Shown one piece after another: positions 1-12,750 of a DNA stretch of 59,251 bases (its first letter is position 1; each line of letters opens with the position of its first letter). The translations under genes and the position numbers were made by a program. This stretch comes from Welwitschia mirabilis (taxonomy: Eukaryota): contig JBOZIK010000001.1 in NCBI GenBank assembly GCA_051453625.1, positions 3,863,390 to 3,922,640 on the forward strand. Direction: 5' to 3'. The notes beneath the pieces were generated by a model. It was given only the letters and a program-made list of their open reading frames with translations, had not been told where the DNA came from and did no database searches.

Positions 1-2764
1 AGTAGCCTTACTTAGAACATGTTCAAAACTTTCTATCTTTTGGAAAAAGGTCCTATAGTTTCTTGCATCTATAAAATCACATTTCATTCTACAAAAATTA
101 TATTAGTTTAACATCATTTGGCAAAATAAATCCTAACAGAACTCACTGCTATGGGAGATGCTAATGAATTACTTAGCTCCTTTACTTTGAAGAGATTTCT
201 AAAAGAAAGTATGTCGACTTTATGAGTGGACAATTGTATGAGCTCTCTTTCCAATGCAACATGAAATTCCTAACCATAGCACACACCCAAATGTAGTGGA
301 ATGAGTGGGGTGTTACATTCTTCCCCCCTTTTAAGAATTTTTTATCCCCAAAAACTACTTAAGCCATTTGATACTCTAGCAATAATTACTAAATTTCTTA
401 AGCAATAGATCTAAACCTAAGACTTAAGTCATGCATTACTCTAATAAGATCATTAACAAGTTGATTATGCAATGGATACTAACGTAAGCTCTAATACCAA
501 AACATCATAACCCGATTTTTGAGTTGGACCTAAAAGCACAAGTTCTCTTTTTAAAATAAATTACATTAATTGATTAATTTACATGACAAGATTAAACATT
601 GTAGTAAATTAATTAGATTACAAATGAAAGATTTATCTCTTAGTTACCCACAGGATTCACATCAAGCGAACTATGTGGTGATAGTTCACTCGACTAATAC
701 CACCATCAATCTTAAGGTTAATTAGAAATCTTGTTTAGGAGCATACATAAGAAGTATGTAGATTGCAGTTGAGTGATTGGCTATACCAATAGCTAAGCAA
801 CCACGCCTACTTAATCTTCATCTAGAGGAGTTTAGACCACACGTAGTTCTATATTAGACATGTTCTAATCTCCACCAATATGCATGAGCATACAATAAAT
901 CAAAGTGGTCTATGTCAGTGGCATGTGACAATCCTAGGCATGAAAGAATGTAAGAATAATATAAGAACTCAGTATTCAAACTCACATCAATAGATGTCAT
1001 ACACAAGTATATGTACATATGCATAGTATTTATATGTAAAAGTATAGAAGGCAGTCAATCAAGAACTCTTAAGGTTTCAACATTCAATCCTATTAAGAAA
1101 TTCTAATGCATGAATGATAATAATATATATGTATATTAATATAAATCAGATATATGGGTACCCGTATATATATATATATATATATATGTAGTGAACCCCC
1201 TGGTTACATGGCCAAAATATCTATTAGTAATCCTCCATCACTAAGCACAAGAGACCCCCTCATATCTCACTATAACATCTTAGTGGAAGCTAAGGGGAGG
1301 GAGTATATCATAATCAGATTTTATTATAGTAAACTCATGAAAAAATATAATTAACACACACACATACATATACACACATACATAGATGCCACTTTGGCAG
1401 GGTACCTCATAGTACTTCTTTTATAACGTAACATAATGAATCTATTAATATATAAATATAAAATGCTAAGAAGAAATAGCCCATATGCCACTAGTTAAGT
1501 ATCTAGTCTTAATAGACTTAGATCAATAGAAGTCAAAGAACAACGGATCATTAAGTAAATGCCTAATTATTTCAATGATCATCATAAAATAATCACTATT
1601 ATTATATCATTTCTGCATAAGATATTAAGTAACTACTTAAAACATTTAATTCATATGCATAAAGATGTAAGAAATTATATTTAAGGATACATACCTAGAA
1701 AGCATTAAGAATATTAAAAGAAACCATGATCATTGGAGTACATCCTTAAGCCTGCATCATTGTATACTATACTATATGTACATAACTGTGTTAAAATCAT
1801 ATTAAAGGCAACATGATCATTAATCAACACTTTCAACAACATCTAACATACATTATAAATCAATTACTAAGTATAAGAAAGCATTCTATTAAAATAGTTA
1901 TGGTAACAACATTATCTAAGAAGCCAAAGAATCTAAGCACTTTATTTTCATAAATGTCACTATCTTAGTAACGATGTTACAAATTAATAATTCCTTCTAT
2001 TAAAACTGAATATTAAAGGTTTATAACAAAACATTTGTGGAAACTTTTGTAACAAAAGGCATTATTTTCCTTTCTAGGATATTTGATTTTCTAATAATAA
2101 ATAAAACTTAGCCTTAAGGAACTCTAACTCCTCCTGTTGATATTTTATCTATCGTACTTATTTCTTCATGTATCTATTCCTAACATTAATGTATTATTAG
2201 GAATAAAACATGTTTCCCCTTTATAATATATAAATGTAATACTATACACGTGAAAGAGCATAAAATAAGATATTNNNNNNNNNNNNNNNNNNNNNNNNNN
2301 NNNNNNNNNNNNNNNNNNNNNNNNNNNNNNNNNNNNNNNNNNNNNNNNNNNNNNNNNNNNNNNNNNNNNNNNNNNNNNNNNNNNNNNNNNNNNNNNNNNN
2401 NNNTTTAAGGAGCCAAAGAATCTAAGCACTTTATTTTCATAACTATCACTATCTTAGTTAGGGTGCTACAAATTAATAGTTCCTTTTATAAAACCTTAAT
2501 ATAAAACTTTTATAATAGAACATTTGTGAAAACTTTTGTAACAAAAGACATTAATTTCCTTTCTAGGATATTTGCTTTTCTAATAACAAACAAAACTTAG
2601 TCTTAAGGAACTCTAACTCCTCCTCTTATTATTTTATCTATCATGTTTATTTCTTCATGTATCTATCCCTAACATTAATGTATTCTTAATAATAAAACAT
2701 GTTTCTCCTTTATAATATATACATGTAATACTATACATATGAAAGAGCATAATATAAGATATTG
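1..2764 (-). mobile_element. Ty3/Gypsy (Tekay/Del-like) LTR element remnant: partial 3' LTR (1-317), PPT, tiny internal region, PBS, partial 5' LTR (~503 onward)
   Basis: On the minus strand, PPT cttaaaaggggggaagaa (335-318) is followed directly by LTR start TGTAACACCCC (317-307). A degenerate tRNA-iMet PBS tggtattagagc lies at 499-488, next to an LTR-end-like motif. The right boundary is approximate. Confidence 0.65.
1915..2764. repeat. ~360-bp diverged direct duplication (1915-2274 / 2404-2764) either side of an N gap
   Basis: Both copies begin aagccaaagaatctaagcactt / gagccaaagaatctaagcactt and end ...aaagagcataa(a/t)ataagatatt, with scattered substitutions. Confidence 0.85.
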
Positions 2765-3450
2765 TAAATTTATGCATATAACAAAATATATTGAAACAAG
2801 GTATAATATGATATCATATAATATAACATATATGCATTATATTATAATATAGAACATATAATATAATATAATTTTATATAATGTAATATATAATATAATA
2901 TAATATAATATATGTGTAGTATAATATATTATGATATAATGTAATATAATATATATGAAATATAATATATAATAAGAAAGGTATTGCTTTAAAATGTGTG
3001 CAGGAAGATTATGAATATGAAAGATCAGATGAGGACTTCGACAATGATGAAGTGGCTCTTCTAGCTAGAAGGTTCAGAAAGTTTCTTTATAGGAAGAAAA
3101 AGAAAGGAGAATCTAGTAGAAATTCAAAAAGGAGCCATCTAGAACACAGAAAAGAGCAAGAAAAATATAATACAATACAATATAATTATAATATAATAAT
3201 ACAATATAATATACATGAAATATATTGTATTATATTACATATTTAATAATATAGGTAACAATATGCATAGGACAGGACATAATGTAATATGATATAATGT
3301 AACATATTATTATAAAATAACAATGTAATATAATATTTTACATATAATATGATATAACCTTTTACTATGCTTATAATGTAATATATTTTAACATAATGTA
3401 TATGCAATGATATTCATACATATTATGAAATATAATACATATATTTTGTA
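2765..3450. repeat. Degenerate (TATAA/TA)n AT-rich simple repeat, interrupted at 2974-3165
   Basis: Runs such as tataatatataatataatataatataata on both sides of the insert. Confidence 0.8.
2974..3165 (+). mobile_element. Isolated Copia (SIRE-like) gag fragment
   Basis: Translates KKGIALKCVQEDYEYERSDEDFDNDEVALLARRFRKFLYRKKKKG. This matches the 'IALK...acidic...ALLxRRFxKF' segment that follows the UBN2 domain in Copia gag. Confidence 0.7.
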
Positions 3451-5067
3451 TTTATCTCCATTAAGAACTATGGTCTTTGCATTAAGTTCTTCCAATAGCA
3501 TTTCAACTAAATCTAGAACAACAAGTATATGATTACATTAAAAACCATAATAAGGGATTCCCATGAAATGTATATCCATCCTCTAAACATAACATTTTAC
3601 CACCTACCTAACCTTAAAACTTGAGTTATAAAACTCTTCCTTTGTATATACATCAATTTGAAAACAAGGCTAGGTCTTTGATTTTATTTGAAAGCATGTA
3701 TTTGGCATGTTTCCTACTCACATCCTAATTTCTTCCAAATTATTTGGTTTTCTTGGGGCCTTTGCAACTCATCATTCTTTTATAAATACCACCAATATAC
3801 ATAACTATTGAATACAACAATTATAAACATTACTTTGGGTAGAGTGAAAAGATAAAATTACCCTAGTATTTCAACATTCAATGTGTTACTCATATTCTCA
3901 TCTTGAACTTTACAATGTCATTTCTTCCTTCAGAAATTTTCTATTGTTCATTTAAATTCATAGAAATCCATCATTATTAATTGGATCATTCATACCATTC
4001 ATGGCATTAATTCAATTATTATGCTAATTTGTGGGACAAAAACTTCAGCATTAAACTTCAGTAAAATCACTTTCCTAAGAGAGAAGCCCACTCAAAATTT
4101 CTAGATGTTCTTGTTTAGAAACTCTGACCTTGACTCATACCATAATGACTGATGAACATGATGGTGAAGCTTCAAGCAACATAGCTGCCAATTAAACCCT
4201 TTGCTCTTCTTCTGAAAACATTTTGTTTACTTAAACAATTATCGCCTTCGCCTTCAATCATATTTGGACTTTAAAGTCCACTATGGATATTAACTAGGTT
4301 TTTCCCATTATTCTAAAGGATTTATACTCAACTTATCTATAGGCCCATTTATTTCACTACAAAGTGTTTGAAGTAGGAAACCTAAATGTGAAGGAACAAG
4401 CCCGTAAATCCAGCTTAATGAATAGATCTCAATCTACACAATAATCATAACAAAAATAAATAGCGAGAACCCCAAGCAAATAATTATTCTGAAACCTAAA
4501 TGCTCCATACAAATTGAAGAAAAAAAATCAATCATATAAATCACCCAATATTATGAAAATAAACAAAGAAAATTATTGCAAAATCATAAATGCATTAACC
4601 AAAAGGTCCACAAGTAATTGATTACAGAAGACAGTTCAAGTTTTTATGGAGGAAATCTTTATGCAGAACAATAGCAGCTAAGACTGAGCCACAAAGGCAT
4701 TACTAATTCGTCATCCCAAAATTCAACAGTAGAAAGACAAGGAAAATCATATTTTTAAGACAAGAATATCTGAAAGTAAAGCTAAAGAAAAATTTTAAGA
4801 AACCAACATAAAAGATCTGGCCGTGTATTCACTTTATCTGGAAATCTCGTTGTTAGGCTTGGTTTAACAAGGATACTCCTCAAGACTCATACTCTGATTC
4901 CAAATTCTCAATTATTGCAGCAGTTCTCCTCNNNNNNNNNNNNNNNNNNNNNNNNNNNNNNNNNNNNNNNNNNNNNNNNNNNNNNNNNNNNNNNNNNNNN
5001 NNNNNNNNNNNNNNNNNNNNNNNNNNNNNNNNNNNNNNNNNNNNNNNNNNNNNNNNNNNNNNNNNNN

Positions 5068-8000
5068 GGTTACTTTCTATTCTTTTTAGGCTCTGCTAAG
5101 GTGTTCTCCTTTGTATTGATTTTTCTCTACCTTAACAACCCCCCGCCGTGTAAGCAGCCAATGGCGAATCCTCCAAAACCCTTAGCCTGTCTAGCAAGAA
5201 CCCTCAACGAGGAATGCACATGACCATACGGAACGCTTTTTCTTCTTATGAATCCTCCCCATGCTACGTGCTGGGTCTGTTCCAGATCCGTGTCTTTTTT
5301 GCCTGTAATCAAATTGCTAAAAGCCTTGGTTGAGAGAAATCATTTGCTTCATAACAGCTAGGGTTTGTAGGCATATGGGCACCACAAAGCCTTCCAAGAA
5401 TAATGTTGCAGGTGCGCTGGTCTGGGATTCAATTGGATGAAAGGGCTAGAGAAACGAAGCAATAGGCTTGAGGAAAACGACCGAAAGCGTAGAATGAATG
5501 GATAATGCTATTCAGATTGGAGCCATCGGGCTTATATGCGAAGCTCTACAGGTTCTCTAAAAGTTGAATAGCCTCTGCGACTTTTCCTTTCTTACACAGA
5601 GAGTCCACCTGTTTGCTCTTGGACTGAAAATCAATACGGAATTTTCCTTTTTTTCCTTCGTCGTCGGAGTTCTGCAGATAGAGAACCTGAAGATCATTAT
5701 CAGCTGAAACAGTTAAATTATTCAAGTCGATAATCGGATTCCATCAATTCGTAGAGCGATCTGCAAAAGATGAGAGCTTCTTTGCGATTTCTTTGGAATT
5801 TGTAGTCACATCGCATCTAAATTACTGAAATTGCAGCAGCGTCCATCATTGTAAAGTGATTCAAGTAGAAACGCCATTGTCGTATTAGCCGACAAAATCA
5901 GAAGAGATTACAGGCTAAACCAATCCTTCTTTCCTGGGCCGACATAGTAGTGGGAAATCGCGCAAGGGGCAATGGGTTGAGCCTTCAGTTCCTGCCACAA
6001 GAGTACGCCAATATCAATGGAGTTCAGATAGACAGGGAGGAATGGGAAGAAGGGAACGCTCTCTGGGAAAACTGCCTGGTGGGATATGTTTTCAGACTCA
6101 AGCCAAACTCCATCAGAATGGAACGATTCGCGAGAGGAAGATGGGGTAAATACAGACTCCTGGAAGTCACGCAGCTGAACAAAGGTATGTTCATTTTCAA
6201 ATTCTTATCCCTGTGATCAATGAATCAAGTCTTAGAAAAAGGACCAGCACCTTTTGGGAGAATTCTCATCCTCTGGAATCCTTCAGGTATTTCATTTATA
6301 GAAATCTACAAATCTAATTAACGCATTCATACTGTTGTCAAGCATTCCAAAAGAAACTATGCTTACAACACTACAGTTGTGTATGCATGTGACACAGCAA
6401 GGTAGTGAGCTACTCTATGACAAGACCTCAACAAAATTACCCTTTCTATTAATGGGCCTTGGATTATCAGTGGCAATTTTAATTGCTTCCTCTCAGCTAG
6501 TGAAAAACTAAATGACCGGAGGATTTCAAGCAAGGATATGGAGGAACTGCTCTCCTTTACTTCTGCTCATCACACTACCAACCTAAAGTTTATAGGTGAG
6601 TTCTTTACTTAGAGTGATTTCCATCATCCAAAAAATAGAATTTACTATAAATTAGATAGGGCCCTAGTAAACGATTTTTGGTTAGAAAAGTTTAAGAACT
6701 CTGATGTCATTTTTCCGCCTCTGGGTATATCTGACCACTCACCTTGTGTGATTTCCTTTGGAGATAATTTGATCAAGAATACCCCCTTTCGCTTTCTAAA
6801 TAGCTGGTGCTTAGATGATCTTTTTCTCCCCACTATTGCCAAAGCTTGATCTTCCCATGTTGAAGGGTTTCCTATGTTCACTCTGACTCATAAATTGAAA
6901 CTGGTAAAAAGAGTTTTAAAAAATATTCACAAAATAAACTACGGTAATATTACAGGTCAAATCAAGGAAGCTAGAGAAGCCCTGCATGTGATTCAGCATA
7001 CATTGTAAACCAGCCCTTTGGATCACTTCCTCTTACAGGAGGAGCAAAAAAGATACAAAACTTACAAAAAACTCCTAAAATCTGAAACTTTGATGTGCAA
7101 ACAGAGAGCTAAAATCATCTAGATTAAGGAAGGAGATTCTAACACTGCCTTCTTTTATGACCAAATGAGGAACAATAGAATTAAGAGTAACATTCAGATG
7201 CTTTTTAAATCAGATGGCACAAGAATTAACTCCTTACAAGAGTGCATTCAGGAGCTTTTGATGTACTATTAGAATCTTTTGGGCTCCTCCTCAGACTGCC
7301 CTCCCATCCTTCTTCCTTTGACAGCGATAAGTGATAAAATTTCAGGCTCACAATGTATCAACCTTTGTGCCCCCATCACTGACAAGGAGATTGAGCTAGC
7401 TATTTGGAGCATTTCAAGTGAGAAAGCCCCAGGCCCAGATGGCTTGTCTGTAGCCATTTTCAAAAAAGCTTGGCCCATAGTAGGGCCTTTGGTCAAGTAT
7501 GCAATTAAAAGTTTCTTTGTATTAGGCCATTTATTTAAAGCTGTGAATCATACCACCTTAGTTCTCATCCAAAAAAAGTTAAATCCTTAGTTTGCCTTAG
7601 ATTTCAGACCTATTGCTTGTTGTAATGTTATCTAAAAGTGCATTTCAATAATTCTTTCTTTAAGACTCAAGTTGATTTTGCCCTCCCTAATAGGCCACCA
7701 ACAAGGGGCTCTCATAACAGGAATAAGTATTATCCACAACATCCTTCTTGGTCAAGAAATAGTGCTTAAGTATAAGAGAAAATTCATTAGCCCAAGAGGC
7801 ACAATTAAAGTTGATCTCCCAAAAGCTTATGACTCTCTTGAATGGGACTTTTTAGAACAGCTTCTCTCTCAAGTGGGCTTCTTCCATAGATTTGCCCACT
7901 GGATCATGACATGTGTGAGAACTACTACATACTCTATTCTAACTAATGGTGAATCACACAATTTCTTCACAGACAAAAGAGGCCTCAGACAGGGTGACCC

Positions 8001-10450
8001 ATTATTCCCCTACTTGTTCACCCTAGTTATGGATTATTTTGGAAGGCTCATAACCAATCAGATCAATGAAGGTAACTTCAAATATCATCCAAAATGTAAA
8101 TCTACTAAGCTCATACATTTAATGTATGCAAATGATTTACTTCTCTTCTGCAAAGGGAACTTAGCTTCTATTCGAATTCTCAAGATAGTCGTAAACCAGT
8201 TTGCTCTGGTATTAGGCCTCAAGGCTAATCTAGACAAATATCAAGTGTTCTTCATTGGCGTCAATTTCTCAGATAAACAAGCTATCCTTCATGAAATTTA
8301 GTTAAATGAAGGCAATCTTCCCTTCAAATACCTTGGAGTTCCTCTTACTTCAAGATCCACGTCCTTGGACAATTACCTTTCTTTAATAGAAAGAATAACT
8401 GCTAGAATTCATTGCTGGACCACCAAATACTTATCATATGGAGGAAGGCTAGAGCTGGTTAGATCAGTCCTTCAAAGCCTCCAAATTTACTGGTATCAAA
8501 TTTTTAACTTCCCTAAGAAGGTGACCAAGAATATAAAAGCTATATGCAGGTTTTTTTAATGGACAGGGAAAGAAAATTCAAACAAACCATTGGTGGCATG
8601 GCATAAAGTGTGCCATTCAAAATCTGAAGGTGTCCTAGGCTTAAAGAATATGTTCCTTTTCAATAAAACCATTATGTTGAAAAATCTTTGGGCAATAGCC
8701 AACAAGGAGGACTCTCTGTGGATTAAGTGAGTGCACTCTGTTTATCTAAAAAATTCCAATTTCTGGTCATCCCATATCAAAGCTTCATTCTCTTGGGCCT
8801 TCAAAAAAATTTTCAAATTCAGAGAAAAGGCTTTAAAATTTGTGCTTATATCAGGTAATCATCTAAAGTGGCTTGGTCATTCTCCTCCATTTATTGCTTT
8901 CGCAGCCTATCAAATTCTTCTCCCTTCCTAGCTAAAGAATGTCTGGTGTCACAAATTATGCTTTAACCTGCTCAAGCATTCCTTTTTAGCTTGACTATTC
9001 TTCAATAATAGATTATCAACCAAGTACAATCTCTAAAAGCTGGGATTCCATTCAAATCTGGAGTGCGTCCTTTATCATTCAGCCTGCGAAAACAGAGATC
9101 ACCTGTTCTTTTCCTGTTCTTTCTCTAAAACGGTGTGGTGTCTCATTGCTCAGTTCCTCTTGTTTACTCCCCTGCTTTTATTGGCAGAAGTGAGTTACTA
9201 GCTGAAGAGCAAGTTAAAATCTAGAACTACCAGAAACCAGATGACAAGGGTAGCATTCACTTCCACAGTCTACCACATTTGAAAGCATAGAAATGATGCC
9301 ATCTTCAGAAATTCCCATCCCAGTGTGCAAATCTGCTATCACCAAATTAAGCACAGCCTTCAAATTACTCTTGTAGAGATCAAATTAATCAAAAATTTTC
9401 CAACCAATAGGCTATGTCGTCAGCATATTCACATTTTCCCTGAGTTTAAATAGTTTTCACTAATCTTCTATGGCTCTCCTAGCTTTTGGTTTCTCCTATT
9501 ATCTATATTCTCTTCCTGATTTTTGACAGCATTAAGAGGAAGCGCATTCTAGCTGTGTCCTTTTCAGAATTCTCTCCGGTATGGAGTCTTTTAAATCATC
9601 ATCTGAGTTTGCGGGTCTGTGACTGAAAGAAGTATTACGAGGCAGCTTAGTTTATTAGATTAAATCATCGGTTTATTAAAGCAAATAAGGTCCCCTCCCA
9701 GGAAGTTCTATCTACCAAGGCTAAAGCGCAGGTCACCTTGGAGGGTATGGGATGCCTGGGGTCCTCCAGCTCCTTATGTAACTATTCCAATTCTTAATTG
9801 ACTTAGAAGCATCAAGAAGAGGAAAAGCAGACTGCACCAGCAGGGCCTCTGGCAAAGCTGAGCAAGACTGCTGGGTTCTCAACATCAAAGCATCCTTACG
9901 TTACCCCTATGTTTCTTCATCCTCCCTTGATCTGGGACATGCATGACTTTCAGTTCCCCCCTATTCTCTGATAGTGATAAAGGAATCGCTCCCTTCTGTG
10001 TGCATTTCAGGTATCACTCTAGTGAGAGATGTCAGCCAATTAACTGGTGTTGACAGGTCTGCGCTGCGCAAAAGTATCAAGAGATAGCTCTGGTTGTAGG
10101 TCGTATGACTACTGAGACTAAAACGTAGCTTCCTTAGAGGTCTTGGGAAGCCTGCGGGCTCCTCGAGTTCCTGATCTTCCTATCTCAGTGCCAATAGCCT
10201 CAGTAGTATACTCAAGAAGAATAGGAGACTGCATCAACAAGGTGATACCTCTTATGCTGCTGAGCAAATCTGCTGGGTGTCAGCAATTTCTTTTAAGATT
10301 CTCTTCCTTATCAGATAAAGGGTCAGTGTAGGGAAAGTTCCCCTTCCCTTTTCTCATTTGTTCATTTGACTATCTTTAAGAGTTTGTACTTAACTTTTCA
10401 AGAAAATAGATTCTAATTTCTTTGCAAATAATAATAATAATAATAATAAT
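5068..10450 (+). mobile_element. L1-clade LINE (decayed): partial ORF1 (DUF4283), endonuclease, RT, zf-RVT, long 3' region, (AAT)n tail
   Basis: ORF1 motifs SWADIVVGNR..NGLSLQF and WENCLVGY. Endonuclease motifs PWIISGNFN, KLDRALVN, SDHSP. RT motifs KAPGPDG, FRPIACCN, KAYDS, GLRQGDP, YAND (decayed YADD), LPFKYLGVPL. zf-RVT motif ENRDHLFFSC. (AAT)n at ~10426-10450. The 5' boundary is hidden by an N gap. Confidence 0.93.
5932..9453 (+). pseudogene. LINE ORF1-ORF2 coding remnant in one reading frame with many nonsense codons
   Basis: The ORF pieces at 5950, 7279, 7672, 8365 and 8731 and the motifs at 6421, 6721 and 9001 all share one frame. Many stops replace conserved Trp codons. Confidence 0.88.
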
Positions 10451-11899
10451 ATCATCTATGCTTCATTCTTCAATAGATTCAGTGATTAGAATAGGATAAA
10501 GGGACATCATATCTCTCTTTCTAAGTCTTCTTAGATGTTGAAGTTTATTATAAGAATTACAATATTCATAACAATCTTAAAAAATATATGATCAATATAA
10601 TTTAAATTGTAAAATTTAATGAGAAGTAAAATTTTATGATAAGTAATCTTTGTAGAAAAATGACCTTCACAAATACCAACATGTGTAAATTTCAAGCCAA
10701 TTATAACTTCAGAGTATGAAATTCATCTACAAATTATTTAATTAATTTATTAAAGAAAGATCATGTTAGAATTATATAAGGCGATTAAAATCATATGAGA
10801 CAAATAAATAATATTTTTCTTTTATAGTGTACCTTATAAATTATCTAAGAAGGCAATACAAGCATAATATCTAAACTTAATATAAACATTAGATTAATGA
10901 AATAAACGTAATATAAGGATTACTTCATTCTCTTATTTGTATATTTAATCTACTTTTGTATTTGTAATTCTTACACTTTAATGTCCTATGATAATTTGAT
11001 TATTTATGTGTTTATCAATTTCAAAAGAGTTTCTACATTAAATGTATAATATCTTTTTTATTACTAATTATTATAAATAAAAAATATTTTTTAAAAATAA
11101 TGAATAAGTTATAATATGTGGAGTAGTTAATTAAATGAGCAGTTCTTCAAACCCAAAAAGAAGGTATTATGAAATCAAATCCAAATACAAGCCATTACAA
11201 ATTCAATGAAGAGGAGGAAGAACCTCAACTTCACAATTACATTAAATTACTATTGTAAAAGTCAAATTAAGTGAGCAACATTCACTAGCCTTTTCTTTGC
11301 TTAAAGTTGTACCTAGAATGCAACATCATTAAGAATTTAATTCTTAGCTCTTTATAAAAGATCATAGCCCCATTATTTTTGCTAAATAATAACTTCACAA
11401 TAAAGCTTCCAAATAGAATACAGAACAAACAGGTAAAGACACCTCCAAATGAAAAGTAAGAAAATAGAAAAAATGGATTGGGTGCCAAAAATGATATGAT
11501 TAATGCTTGTTTGAAATTTTTTTATAGATTCTAGAAATACATTTCCAAGAATATTGTGCAACTACTCACTAATTAAAAAATGAGAAAATGTATGTTTTAC
11601 ATCACAAAAAGGGCACTGCACAGAAACAAGTCCCATGTGCAATTCTAATAGAAAGATCTTGATGAATTAAACATTATAAAAATACTTAAATCTTTGTAAA
11701 AGTGTAAGCATTCAAGATATATTTTATCATTTGCTTTCAAAATTGTGGTGATAACTATGTCTTTTAAGTCGTTTTAAAGTTGTGATGAATAGCATCATTT
11801 TTATTAATGATGTCTTAAGCAACTACAATTAAAAGAAAAAATAGACCTACCATCCTTTTAAAGAATATCTGAAAAGATCTGATGCAAAATATTATCTTC

Positions 11900-12750
11900 C
11901 TTAAAAAAATTGTTAAGATTAGAAATCACTTTTTTAAATGTTCATCTCCTCATTCTATTTGGTCCATAAAATAAAGAAGCTTCATTCCATTTAATCTATC
12001 TATCATGAATTCATAGCCAAAAAGGTATATTAATTCTTAATTTGATCCATAAAGAAAAAGCTTTTAACTCTGTAAAATTGAAAATTGTGTTATATTTTTT
12101 AATTTAAAAAAAGAAGAGTATTCAATTAGTCTCTTGTATTTTTAATTAATTATTAATGAAGAATGTTTTGAATACTTCAATCCTAGGTGGGTCTTCATTA
12201 ATGTGACCCCTTTTCCACCTACATAATTTTTTACTTAAATTAATGGTTGTAATACATCTAAAATCTCAATTATTTATTCAAAATAAAATTCTTGTTACAT
12301 TATAATGTATTACAAGTGGTTTCTTACATAAATACCTTGAGACTGAATTAGCCTCTATATCGAAATACACTCTAATGTCATTTAGAAAATTATTTTCAAA
12401 ATTTACAAAAAGTGAAAAATTCTTAGTAGAATTAACATGATTCTATTATTTGTAAAGGTAATAAAAGCAGCACATATTATCAACTTCATCATATTTAATT
12501 TTGTTAGGTTAAGAGGTAAACTATAGAATAGGTTACCTTTAGCAAATTTTAATCTAATTACTTCACTATGCTTCATATATAGAATAGAAATCCCATTAAT
12601 TTTAGATAGTAACAAATGTATCATAACCAAACTAGTTTGCAGATATTAATGAAGCTAAGTTGTTTTTTGGGTTAAGTATTATAAGGAATTATATAAAAAT
12701 AATTACTAACATAGATCATGTATTTGGAAATATAAAAATTATTATGTCCT
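11900..12750 (-). mobile_element. Very old LINE RT/zf-RVT remnant
   Basis: Minus-strand KFAKGNLFYSLPLNLTKL resembles GxLPxxYLGLPL, and LWIKLRINIPFWL*IHDR resembles the start of zf-RVT. Motif order is consistent, but the match is weak. Confidence 0.4.

Noticed and set aside
5161..5931. ATG at 5161 in frame with LINE ORF1 as a long N-terminal extension
   Set aside because: The frame has about as many stops as expected by chance and no recognisable motif, so it could equally be 5' UTR.
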